This document shows positions 10,193 through 18,531 of a stretch of 64,000 nt of DNA, piece after piece; the first letter of the stretch is position 1; each line of letters begins with the position of its first letter. Source of the DNA: Bacteroidota bacterium (GTDB taxonomy: Bacteria > Bacteroidota > Bacteroidia > Bacteroidales > FEN-979); contig JBAXLI010000015.1 in the NCBI GenBank assembly GCA_037134895.1, positions 2,875-66,874 on the forward strand. The letters are read 5' to 3'. The notes under the pieces are model-generated. The model ran no database searches and was not told the DNA's origin. It saw only the letters and a program-made list of their open reading frames with translations. A program made the translations under genes and the position numbers.

Positions 10193-10404
10193 GCTTTCCT
10201 TTGTTCCTCTTCCAGGGGCTCGATCTTTTCGAAGTTTTTCCATTGGAAATTTACCCGACGGCCGTGTTCATCCCAGGAATAAACATTGTCGAACATCCGA
10301 CCGAACCTGAATTTTGTTGAATCGTAATACACTGCATGGGCAACCTGTTCGCCTGTGCTGATATCGTTACCGATGAATGCATATTTTACATGCAGAAGGA
10401 TTTT
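10159..10404 (-). other. In-frame continuation of the Kir-type channel cytoplasmic domain, downstream of the TGA at 10405-10407
   Basis: It reads in the same frame as ORF 10405..11127 (codon phase verified). The 81 codons are KILLHVKYAFIGNDISTGEQVAHAVYYDSTKFRFGRMFDNVYSWDEHGRRVNFQWKNFEKIEPLEEEQRKAFEYQILNIEH*. The segment has no ATG near its 5' end. Confidence 0.55.
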
Positions 10405-10998
10405 TCAGTCAAGTGAATCGACCAGGGCCTGCCTCAGCTTTAATGCCGCGGGCTCATCCAGGCAGATATCATAGTATAAAATGCTTTCCATATCAGCCAT
10501 CTCTTCATCGTACCTGAATATCCTGACCCTGGTGTTATCCTGAACGATCCATGCCTCGAATTTTCCTTTCATGTCGATGATAGCTCTGCCTTTGTTTCCG
10601 AGGCGGATTGAAAGAAACCATTTATCCTTCCGCAGACGAATATAAACATGATGGGTAGTAAAGATATCGTCTCTTCTGCGGATGACGAAGTACACAAGGA
10701 AGCCGGAGAAAATTGCCGTGAAGAACAGAGAAGTGAACGCTTCGGTCATAAGGATGAGCCTTCCCGAAGTGGTAAGCGGATATATGTCGCCGTAACCTAT
10801 GGTATGAAAAGAAACGATACTGAAATAAATGGCTTTTTCAAAATCGATGGGTTCGTACACCCTCTGTATTGGCCTGTAAAAACCTATGCTGTTGGTGTTG
10901 TAATACAGGATCGCAAACAGGAATATCAGGCATGTATAAATCACAATGGTTGAGACAAGGAACCAAAGGATCTCACGGGTTTTGGTTGTCAGTTGCAT
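10405..10998 (-). CDS. KirBac-type (inward-rectifier-like) 2-TM potassium channel, ending at an apparently premature TGA
   Basis: The selectivity filter is SFHTIGYGDIYP. It is flanked by M1 (ILWFLVSTIVIYTCLIFLFAILYY) and M2 (GRLILMTEAFTSLFFTAIFSGFLVYFVI), followed by a beta-rich cytoplasmic domain. The likely start is the ATG at 10996-10998 (MQLTTKTREI). The ORF-track N-terminal extension to 11127 overlaps the divergent promoter and repeat region. Confidence 0.75.
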   Translation of the reverse strand: MQLTTKTREILWFLVSTIVIYTCLIFLFAILYYNTNSIGFYRPIQRVYEPIDFEKAIYFSIVSFHTIGYGDIYPLTTSGRLILMTEAFTSLFFTAIFSGFLVYFVIRRRDDIFTTHHVYIRLRKDKWFLSIRLGNKGRAIIDMKGKFEAWIVQDNTRVRIFRYDEEMADMESILYYDICLDEPAALKLRQALVDSLD

Positions 10999-11110
10999 CT
11001 TGAAACTGCTTAGGTATTCCAAATATAAGAAAAAATCGTGAATCGGTTCCTGGTTCCTGGTGCTTGGATATTGGTAAGACTCACGGCCTCCAACATCTTC
11101 TTTTTCACAA

Positions 11111-11138
11111 CATTCGTCATTCGTCATTCGTCATTCGT
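11111..11138. repeat. Perfect tandem heptamer (CATTCGT)x4
   Basis: Read directly as cattcgt cattcgt cattcgt cattcgt. It lies 41-68 nt upstream of the EF-G start codon, in the divergent intergenic region. Confidence 0.95.
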
Positions 11139-11178
11139 AACTAAATTATTTGTACCTTTGCACCCCAATTTGAAAATC

Positions 11179-13245
11179 ATGGCTTTAAACAGAGTAAGAA
11201 ATATAGGGATTGCCGCTCACATCGACGCAGGCAAGACTACAGTAACAGAACGTATACTTTTTTTCACCGGCGAAACCCGTAAAATGGGAGAGGTGCATGA
11301 CGGTCAGGCAACCATGGACTTCATGAAGCAGGAACAGGAGAGAGGCATCACAATCGCATCTGCAGCTATTTCCTGCACATGGAATAATCATGCGATAAAC
11401 CTTATCGATACCCCGGGCCACGTGGATTTCACCATTGAAGTGGAGCGCTCGCTCCGCGTAATCGACGGTATGGTCGCCGTTTTCTGCGCCGTTGGAGGCG
11501 TTGAGCCCCAGAGTGAAACGGTATGGAACCAGGCCGACCGCTACCGGGTACCACGTATTGCTTTCATCAACAAGATGGATCGCGTTGGTGCCGACTTCCC
11601 TGCAGTCGTCGAACAGATGAACAAATACCTCGATGCCAATGCATTTCCTTTTCAGGTGCAGATGGGCGAAGAAGAACATTTCGACGGCATTATCGACGTG
11701 ATCGAGCGCAAGGCATACAGGTTCGAGGAAATGGAGAGGGTTGAGATCCCCATCCCCGAAGATTACAAAACAAAGGTTGAACAGGCCAGGGCAAAAGTTG
11801 TTGAAAAGGTGGCAGAATTCAACGAAGAGATCATGGAGATGTTCTTCGAAGAAAAGGACGTACCTTCAGACCTCCTGAAACGTGCTGCCCGCGAAGCTAC
11901 CCTGAAGCTGCTTATCACTCCCGTGTTCTGCGGTGCTGCATATAAAAACAAAGGCATTCAGCTTATCCTTGATGCCGTGACCGATTACCTTCCTTCCCCC
12001 ATCGACAAGGGAGCTGTCACCGGAACCGATCTTGATGATCCTGAAAAACTTCACACCTGCCATCCTTCACCCAAGGAATCTTTTTCGGCACTTGCGTTCA
12101 AACTCATCCATGACCCTTACGTCGGACAGCAGACCTTCACCCGGGTATTTTCAGGCACCCTGAGAAGCGGTATGCAGGTCTATAATTCCACCAAGAAAAA
12201 GCATGAGCGCATAGGCCGTATCATGAAGATCCATGCCAAAGAGAGGGAGGAAGTTGCCGAAGCCGGTCCGGGCGACATTGTAGCTCTTATCGGGCTCAAA
12301 CTCACTAAAACAGGGGATACCCTTTGTGCCGATGAACATCGGTTGCTGCTTGAGAACATCCATGTTCCGCCTTCAGTTATTGAATTGAAGATAACACCTG
12401 CTAAGCGTGGGGACCAGTCGAAACTCGGTGAAGCTCTTCATAAGCTGACTACCGAAGATCCTTCATTCAACGTTAGGTATGACGAGGAAACCGAAGAAAC
12501 CGTAATAGCCGGGATGGGCGAACTACACCTCGAAATAATCGTCGACCGGCTTAAACATGAATTTAAAGTCGATGCCATCGTTGGCGAGCCTTCTGTTGCA
12601 TTCCGCGAAACCATTACCATGGAAGTCGAATCCAACCACAGGCATGTAAAGCAGACCGGGGGCAAAGGTCAGTTCGCACATACCGTTATGCGCATAGAAC
12701 CGAATCCCGGCAAGGGCTTCGAATTTGTCGAACACATCAAAGGCGGTGCGATCCCTGCAGAATTTATCACTTCGGTAAGGAAAGGTCTCGAAAAGAGCCT
12801 TGAAAAAGGGATCATGGCTGGCTACCCGGTTGTAGACGTACGTGTAACCCTTCTCGACGGAAGTTTCCATGCAGTCGACTCATCCGATATGGCTTTCCAG
12901 ACCTGTGCAGCAGTAGGCTTCAAGCAGGGATTCATGAAAGCCAGTCCCATTCTTCTCGAGCCTATCATGAAGGTAGAAGTGAATACCCCCGACGAATACA
13001 TCGGCGATATCGTAGGCAACCTAAACCGCCGCCGCGGAAAGATCGAAGGCATGCGCCGCTACCGGAAAGGATCGCAGAAGATCAACGTATTTGTCCCGCT
13101 TATGGAAATGTTCGGTTATTCTAACCAGCTGCGCAATGTATCCTCGGGCCGGGCCAACTACGCTATGGAATTCTACCAGTATCAGCCGTTGCCGAAAGCA
13201 ACACAAGAGGAAATTCTGAAGAAGATTGCAGCGGAGAAGAAATAA
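11179..13245 (+). CDS. Elongation factor G family GTPase (paralog, not in an rpsL-rpsG-fusA context)
   Basis: The start is at ATG 11179 (MALNRVRNIGIAAHIDAGKTT). G motifs are AHIDAGKTT, DTPGHVDF and NKMDR. EF-G-type domains II-V continue through to ...GRANYAMEFYQYQPLP. The ORF-track extension 11038-11178 translates the heptamer repeat and is rejected. Confidence 0.9.
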   Translation: MALNRVRNIGIAAHIDAGKTTVTERILFFTGETRKMGEVHDGQATMDFMKQEQERGITIASAAISCTWNNHAINLIDTPGHVDFTIEVERSLRVIDGMVAVFCAVGGVEPQSETVWNQADRYRVPRIAFINKMDRVGADFPAVVEQMNKYLDANAFPFQVQMGEEEHFDGIIDVIERKAYRFEEMERVEIPIPEDYKTKVEQARAKVVEKVAEFNEEIMEMFFEEKDVPSDLLKRAAREATLKLLITPVFCGAAYKNKGIQLILDAVTDYLPSPIDKGAVTGTDLDDPEKLHTCHPSPKESFSALAFKLIHDPYVGQQTFTRVFSGTLRSGMQVYNSTKKKHERIGRIMKIHAKEREEVAEAGPGDIVALIGLKLTKTGDTLCADEHRLLLENIHVPPSVIELKITPAKRGDQSKLGEALHKLTTEDPSFNVRYDEETEETVIAGMGELHLEIIVDRLKHEFKVDAIVGEPSVAFRETITMEVESNHRHVKQTGGKGQFAHTVMRIEPNPGKGFEFVEHIKGGAIPAEFITSVRKGLEKSLEKGIMAGYPVVDVRVTLLDGSFHAVDSSDMAFQTCAAVGFKQGFMKASPILLEPIMKVEVNTPDEYIGDIVGNLNRRRGKIEGMRRYRKGSQKINVFVPLMEMFGYSNQLRNVSSGRANYAMEFYQYQPLPKATQEEILKKIAAEKK

Positions 13246-13284
13246 TAGTTATCCGGCATTCGTTTGGATAGAAACAAAAAACAT

Positions 13285-14307
13285 ATGCGTTACAATATAT
13301 TAGGAAACACAGGGGTCCTGGTATCAGAACTCTGTTTGGGAGCCATGACTTTTGGCGGAAGGGGTTTCTGGACCAATATCGGCAAACTTCCGCAGGAAGA
13401 AGTCACGAACCTCGTTAAGATCGCTGTTGAGAACGGCATCAATTTCATAGATACGGCGAACGTATATTCCGAAGGACTCTCAGAGATCATGCTGGGCCAG
13501 GCGCTGAAAGACCTTGGCATCAACCGACAGGATATCTTCATTGCCACCAAGGTAAGGGGACGGATGGGCGAAGGTGTAAACCAGGTAGGCTTGTCAAGGC
13601 TGCATATTCAGTACAGTGTGAATGACAGTCTGCAGAGGCTTGGCCTTGACCATATCGACCTGCTTTATATTCACGGCGTTGACCCTGCGACCTCTCTGGA
13701 AGACACCATGCGCGGACTCGAAGAGGTGGTTCAGTCGGGAAAGGTGCGTTACCTTGGCATCAGCAATCATCCTGCCTGGATGGTCGTAAAAGCCAATGCC
13801 ATCGCTTCCGCCATGGGATGGAATAAATTCGTCGCCCTTCAGAATTATTACAGTATCGCAGGCCGCGATATCGAACGGGAGATCGTTCCCATGGCTGTTT
13901 CAGAAAACCTGGGCATCATGCCATGGAGCCCACTCGCAGGAGGATTCCTTTCGGGCAAATTCACAAGGGAAACTCAAAAAGCCGGGAACAGCCGCAGGGA
14001 CGATTTCGATTTTCCGCCGGTAAATAAAGAAAAAGCCTACGATATCATTGAAGTGATGCAGGAGATTGCATCAGGGTACAATGTCAGCGTCGCAAGAATT
14101 GCTCTCGCCTGGATGCTCCGCAAGAAAGGAATTACCAGCATTATCATCGGCGCCAAAAATGAAAACCAGTTACGGGAAAACATTGCTTCAACAACATTAT
14201 CGCTGACTGCGGATGAGATGTCCCGTCTCGACGCTGTAAGTGAATTAAGCAAGGAATATCCCGGGTGGATGGTCGAACGCCAGGCGGACGGTCGCTTACC
14301 GAAGTAA
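13285..14307 (+). CDS. Aldo/keto reductase
   Basis: The start is MRYNILGNTGVLVSELCLGAMTFG, followed by GINFIDTANVYSEGLSE, the AKR active-site region ...IATKV... and LYIHGVD. The length of about 340 aa fits the family. The ORF-track TTG start at 13264 is less likely than the ATG at 13285. Confidence 0.9.
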   Translation: MRYNILGNTGVLVSELCLGAMTFGGRGFWTNIGKLPQEEVTNLVKIAVENGINFIDTANVYSEGLSEIMLGQALKDLGINRQDIFIATKVRGRMGEGVNQVGLSRLHIQYSVNDSLQRLGLDHIDLLYIHGVDPATSLEDTMRGLEEVVQSGKVRYLGISNHPAWMVVKANAIASAMGWNKFVALQNYYSIAGRDIEREIVPMAVSENLGIMPWSPLAGGFLSGKFTRETQKAGNSRRDDFDFPPVNKEKAYDIIEVMQEIASGYNVSVARIALAWMLRKKGITSIIIGAKNENQLRENIASTTLSLTADEMSRLDAVSELSKEYPGWMVERQADGRLPK

Positions 14308-14349
14308 CCGTGAGCCATGAGTCGTGAGCAGGATCACGAATCACGATTT
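14308..14349. repeat. Tandem heptamer array (CCGTGAG-like x3, then ACGAATC-like)
   Basis: ccgtgag ccatgag tcgtgag caggatc acgaatc acgattt. It starts immediately after the AKR stop codon. Confidence 0.7.
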
Positions 14350-14352
14350 TTT
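14322..14352 (+). terminator. Candidate intrinsic terminator of the aldo/keto reductase gene
   Basis: TCGTGA (14322-14327) can pair with TCACGA (14341-14346, or alternatively 14334-14339). A T6 run follows directly at 14347-14352. Confidence 0.45.
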
Positions 14353-14480
14353 CTTCGCAGCACCATTGCCATGACTGCTACGGTCTAAATGAGCTCACCA
14401 TTTGTTTTCCCTTAGTTTTAATTCAAATCTCTGTTCGCTCATGTAGCCCTGAGGCAGCCCTGGCAAGGTGCTGCGAATTA

Positions 14481-14508
14481 CTCACGGCTCACGGCTCACG
14501 ATTTACGC
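14481..14508. repeat. Tandem heptamer (CTCACGG)x2 plus CTCACGA plus TTTACGC, the inverted complement of the 14308 array
   Basis: ctcacgg ctcacgg ctcacga tttacgc. The reverse complement of CTCACGG is CCGTGAG. The array overlaps the stop codon (14496-14498) and last codons of the MFS gene. Confidence 0.85.
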
Positions 14509-15650
14509 AGGCTGTACAAACCAACTCCAAACAGATATACCATACACCCGATCAGGACATAGATGCCGGCGATCACAGAACTGACGTCGGTGACCCAGCC
14601 GATTAAGAGAGGGATTACAGCTCCGCCGCTGATGGCGCTCATCATGAGGCCTGAGATTTCGTTGGTACGGTCAGGGTATCTTTCAACAGCAATCGAGAAA
14701 ACAAGGGGCCAGATATTGGCTACGAACATCCCTACAAGAAAAACAAGAACCCAGGCTGCGGCAGCCGATGGAATTGCGATCATTGCCAGCAACGCAAGAA
14801 TTCCGAGAAAGGAAGTCCCCATCAGGAATTTCCTTGACGACATTTTTGTGAGCATGATAGCGCCTGCAAAAGTTCCAAGCATACGTCCGAAGAAATAAAC
14901 GCTTCGTCCCGATTCAGCTGCAGTCTGTTCGATACCGAAATGTTTGATCAGGATCTGTCCGGAGTTTGAATTGAAACCCACGTCAACCCCGACAACAACG
15001 AAGATCGCAAGAACCATAAGGAATATAAAACCATTGCCCAGCAGGCTGAATGCCGATCCGAAGGTTACATTGACAGATTCCAGCTTCCGCTCATCCACTT
15101 TGGTCATTCCCAGCCATACTGCAGTAAGTATGGAAACAATCCCGAAGACCAGGAACAGAAGCTTCCAATCGCCGAATTTCAGGGCGAAATAACCGGCAAG
15201 AGGAGCACCTATCATGGAGCCTATGGCCTTGATAAATTGTGAAAAACTCAGGAAACTCGAAGCCCGGTTTGAAGGCACCACATCCACGATCAGGGGATTT
15301 GCCGAGACCTGAACGATGGTGTTACCAATCCCAAGCAATGCAAACCCGAAGAGTACCATAGAGAACGAGTAGATGAAGAACGGGACCAGCAATCCGCAGG
15401 CAGTTACAAGAATACCGATGTTCAGCATATTGCGTTTACCTATCCTTGCCTGCATGATGCCAACCGGGACCGAGAGCAGCAGAAACCAGAGAAAGGCTGC
15501 TGAGGGGATCAATTGTCCGAGGGTGGCGCTCAGGCTCATGTCTTTGCTTACGCGGTCAACGCCAATTCCGACCAGGTCAACGAAACTCATGACGACAAAA
15601 GCCATCAGCACCGGCAGCAGTTTGGGGATATTCACTTTTTTTGTTTCCAT
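14496..15650 (-). CDS. MFS transporter (sugar / FucP-GluP-like)
   Basis: About 12 hydrophobic helices. The N-terminal region LPVLMAFVVMSFVDLVGIGVD...IPSAAFLWFLLLSVPVGIMQARIGKR resembles sugar MFS permeases. The likely start is the ATG at 15648-15650 (METKKVNIPK). Confidence 0.7.
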   Translation of the reverse strand: METKKVNIPKLLPVLMAFVVMSFVDLVGIGVDRVSKDMSLSATLGQLIPSAAFLWFLLLSVPVGIMQARIGKRNMLNIGILVTACGLLVPFFIYSFSMVLFGFALLGIGNTIVQVSANPLIVDVVPSNRASSFLSFSQFIKAIGSMIGAPLAGYFALKFGDWKLLFLVFGIVSILTAVWLGMTKVDERKLESVNVTFGSAFSLLGNGFIFLMVLAIFVVVGVDVGFNSNSGQILIKHFGIEQTAAESGRSVYFFGRMLGTFAGAIMLTKMSSRKFLMGTSFLGILALLAMIAIPSAAAAWVLVFLVGMFVANIWPLVFSIAVERYPDRTNEISGLMMSAISGGAVIPLLIGWVTDVSSVIAGIYVLIGCMVYLFGVGLYSLRKS

Positions 15651-15709
15651 GAAATTTTTGTTAGGGTGATCAATGAATGGCAAATATATAAAACTCCACC
15701 GACAGGAAT

Positions 15710-15741
15710 AAAAAAAAGCTGCCTCCCCAAAGGAAGGCAGC
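15710..15741 (-). terminator. Rho-independent terminator downstream of the 15784..16134 gene
   Basis: The minus-strand RNA reads GCUGCCUUCC-UUUG-GGGAGGCAGC followed by U8 (the plus strand has A8 at 15710-15717). It lies about 40 nt after the stop at 15784. Confidence 0.75.
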
Positions 15742-15783
15742 CATCAAGCAATCAAGTCAACTAATCAACGTATGACGTCTGAA

Positions 15784-16134
15784 CTAAATCAGGCGAAAAG
15801 ACAGTTTAATGCGGTAATACTGGTTCAGCGGGCTTTCAAGTTTGGTGAATTTGATCTGTGCAAGCTGATCCTTGATATAGTCCGAAAGCTCTTCGTTGCT
15901 GCTGATGATGCGCTTGACGAGCAATTTGCCTTCGGTAGTTACGGTGAACAATACATCTGCGCAGCAAAGATTATCCTGGACTTTAATATATCCCGGATGT
16001 TTTACCTGGTGCTGTATGGCTTCCCTGATTGTAGCTGCGGTATCTTTAATGGTTTTCCCGGCGAAGGACGAGCCTCCCAGGATCAGAAGGGTGGTCAGAA
16101 TGAGAATGAATTTTGAAAAGGTTTGCGGTTTCAT
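15784..16134 (-). CDS. Small secreted protein of unknown function
   Basis: 116-aa ORF with signal peptide MKPQTFSKFILILTTLLILGGSSFA. It is followed by its own terminator. The family was not recognised. Confidence 0.6.
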   Translation of the reverse strand: MKPQTFSKFILILTTLLILGGSSFAGKTIKDTAATIREAIQHQVKHPGYIKVQDNLCCADVLFTVTTEGKLLVKRIISSNEELSDYIKDQLAQIKFTKLESPLNQYYRIKLSFRLI

Positions 16135-16485
16135 GGTTGGTTCCTCCGATATATGTTGTGTGATATATGAGTCGTTTAATTTTTGGAAATGTTACAATGT
16201 TTTAAATATTTAACACATGTTTAACATTTCCTTAAGTATTGAAACAAAGATAATTCCATGCAAGTATCAGATCAAAAACCAATCGGTATTTTGATAGAAA
16301 GGAGTTGTAGGATTCAACTTATCGTCGCCCAAATCGTTAGGATGATATAATGGCAGGGGAAATCGTCGCCGAAATCGCTTTTTTAATGTGTGAAATTCAG
16401 CAGGCCTCAAAAGAAAGGCGATGGATATATAAAATGATTTTATTACTTTGTAGTCGGATTCTGAGCAATCATAAAATCAAACCAT

Positions 16486-16920
16486 ATGAAAAAGTCATTC
16501 CTGATTATTCTGATCGCCGCGCTGGCACTGGGCTCAACGGCAATTGTATCATGTAAAAAGAAAACAAATGACCCTACCTATCCTCAGTTGGTAGGAGCAT
16601 GGAAAGGGACTACCAATCAGAACATTCCCATCGAGGTTGATGTAGCCAATAACGACGGAGACCTTTATGTGACCTATGTCAACATGAAATGGTCGCACTC
16701 TGCCGGAGATACGGCATCAGTTACCAGGTATGCGAGTACAGGATTATACCAGATGTCAGGAACCACGTTTTATATTTTCCTGGATGGCACTGCCCCGAAC
16801 CAGACGACTATCGGCGGCACTTATAAGCTCGACACTCTGAAGCTTGTAGGGACTTTCATCGGGTATTCGGGCAATCCGCCTGTGGCGACCTCAGGAACCT
16901 ATACCGCGACCAAACAGTAA
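16486..16920 (+). CDS. Small lipoprotein of unknown function
   Basis: 144-aa ORF with a lipoprotein signal, MKKSFLIILIAALALGSTAIVSC. Confidence 0.6.
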   Translation: MKKSFLIILIAALALGSTAIVSCKKKTNDPTYPQLVGAWKGTTNQNIPIEVDVANNDGDLYVTYVNMKWSHSAGDTASVTRYASTGLYQMSGTTFYIFLDGTAPNQTTIGGTYKLDTLKLVGTFIGYSGNPPVATSGTYTATKQ

Positions 16921-16985
16921 TCCCTGAGCGTCGAGGTTTTTGGAAGGTTTTATAATGATCCTTCCACTGTAAAATGAGTATGTGG

Positions 16986-18482
16986 TCACTTCCCCTTCGC
17001 GGTATATTGCTCCATCACCTCAACCAGGCTGCGCTGGCAAACTTTGCAGAAATGGATGTGTCGGGTGTACATGATGCAGTCGAGCTGGGAACGGTAAAGG
17101 CCTTTTGGCGTATAACCTGCTCCTTCGAAAGCACCCACGACATCCTTGTACTTTTCTTTTGAGAAGTATTCGTCCTCCTGCTTGTATTGCTTCATAAACA
17201 AAGCCTCCATCTCGGCTTCGGGCACGTTGGCTTTGCGCATTTCCTGCCTCTTCTTCTGGATCTCATTCCCGAATTTATCAAACTCTTCCTTGTTCCATGG
17301 AGTTGGAAGCGGGGTGGACGGATCAACAAGGTCTTTCCATTTGAGGTTGTTCTTGTCGAGCATGGCAGTGATATTCGTTTCCCAGGGCTCGAGCTTGATA
17401 TCCGGCGCCTCGTAAGCAACTGCCGAACTGTAGTATTCATCGGCCAGTCCGGCCATATGATGCCCCAGCTCATGCACCATGATGTAATCGGCGAATTTGT
17501 TGTCGCTCGATACGGTTGTATAAAGGTTGTAGATGCCGCCTCCTCCGTAAGTGCGTTCGTTCACGAGGATCACCATGAAATCATAGGGTACCTGGGAAGC
17601 TACATTTCTCACGGTTTTATTGTCGAAAGTAAGCGCATAACGTTCTGAATCGAAAGCCCCGTACTGCACGCTCAGCGGGGTGCGTTTGAACACACCCGGA
17701 TGAGGTTTGCATACTCCCGAAACTTCCGAAGGGGTCTCAACGGCCCGGATATTGATATCTTTTTCATGACTGCGGAAGGGTTCCTGCGCCAATAGCACGG
17801 CCGACAAACGCTTTGCGTCGCTCCTGAATTTTGCCATTTCGGCTTTTGTATACCCGTCGCCAAGGATCACGATATCGACTTTTTCGGCAGCCGGACCGTT
17901 TTCCCGGATCACGTCAACAACATTGGTGTGTGTGAGATCTGCAGGGTTCACTTCTCTGGCCGACGGATCCACATCCGCAGTCCATATTGTTTTGAATTTA
18001 TTGGTCTGCGGATTGCGTTTTCCCATCAGCACAGTCACCGGTTTTTTCGGCCAGGGAAAACGAATGGATTCATTGAATGAACCCCAGGTCTGATCAGCTT
18101 CAGGAGTACTCTGCCATTCGCCGAAAATGCTTGCAAATCCGCGGGAAAAAAGCAGTGTTTTGCTATCCTTGTCGATGACCTGGAAAAAGTACGGACCGAG
18201 TTCAAGTTTATCGATCAAAACGAATTTGTTCCCGGGCCAGGCCCCGTCTGAAACAATTCGGTCGGTCGCAAAATGTTCTTCCTTGGAAGTGCCGCTGTGA
18301 TTGTAATCAAACCGCATGGTTTTATCGCTGAAATACTGGTCAAATGAGACATTGCCGTTGTCGACGACCTTGATCTCAGTTTTAATGGAATCGGATTTCA
18401 CCGAAGCAGTTTGTTGTTTTGCAGGCTGGTTGCATGAAGCCAGCATTCCAGCCAAAGCAAGAAAGAGGAAATACTTTTTCAT
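16986..18482 (-). CDS. M64-family (IgA-peptidase-like) zinc metallopeptidase lipoprotein
   Basis: The zinc motif is HELGHHMAGLADEY. The preceding region YGGGGIYNLYTTVSSDN is typical of peptidase M64. The start is at ATG 18480-18482 (MKKYFLFLALAGMLASC lipobox). Confidence 0.8.
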   Translation of the reverse strand: MKKYFLFLALAGMLASCNQPAKQQTASVKSDSIKTEIKVVDNGNVSFDQYFSDKTMRFDYNHSGTSKEEHFATDRIVSDGAWPGNKFVLIDKLELGPYFFQVIDKDSKTLLFSRGFASIFGEWQSTPEADQTWGSFNESIRFPWPKKPVTVLMGKRNPQTNKFKTIWTADVDPSAREVNPADLTHTNVVDVIRENGPAAEKVDIVILGDGYTKAEMAKFRSDAKRLSAVLLAQEPFRSHEKDINIRAVETPSEVSGVCKPHPGVFKRTPLSVQYGAFDSERYALTFDNKTVRNVASQVPYDFMVILVNERTYGGGGIYNLYTTVSSDNKFADYIMVHELGHHMAGLADEYYSSAVAYEAPDIKLEPWETNITAMLDKNNLKWKDLVDPSTPLPTPWNKEEFDKFGNEIQKKRQEMRKANVPEAEMEALFMKQYKQEDEYFSKEKYKDVVGAFEGAGYTPKGLYRSQLDCIMYTRHIHFCKVCQRSLVEVMEQYTAKGK

Positions 18483-18531
18483 ATAAAGTGATTTTGGGTT
18501 CGGGAATGTAAAGTTAATCATTCCCGTCTAA

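Noticed and set aside
10405-10407. TGA in the Kir channel as selenocysteine or programmed recoding
   Set aside because: A small palindrome (TGCAT-N7-ATGCA) follows the TGA. It is only 5 bp, the position is not a redox or catalytic site, and no Sec machinery is visible. TGA is also used as an ordinary stop by other genes in the window. A nonsense mutation or sequencing error is more parsimonious.
10999-11178. N-terminal extensions of the K+ channel ORF (to 11127) and of the EF-G ORF (from 11038)
   Set aside because: The two extensions overlap each other on opposite strands. They translate the (CATTCGT)x4 repeat (FVIRHSSFV) and precede much better starts: MQLTTKT directly before TM1, and MALNRVRNIGIAAHIDAGKTT at the canonical EF-G N-terminus.
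15743-15770. ATCAAG/ATCAAC repeats as another heptamer array
   Set aside because: The spacing between copies is 8 and 13 nt rather than a constant 7, so it is too irregular to include in the heptamer family.
16941-16966. Hairpin TGGAAGG-N12-CCTTCCA between convergent genes as a terminator
   Set aside because: The 7-bp stem has a 12-nt loop and no adjacent U-run on either strand. It may still contribute to termination, but it cannot be called from sequence.
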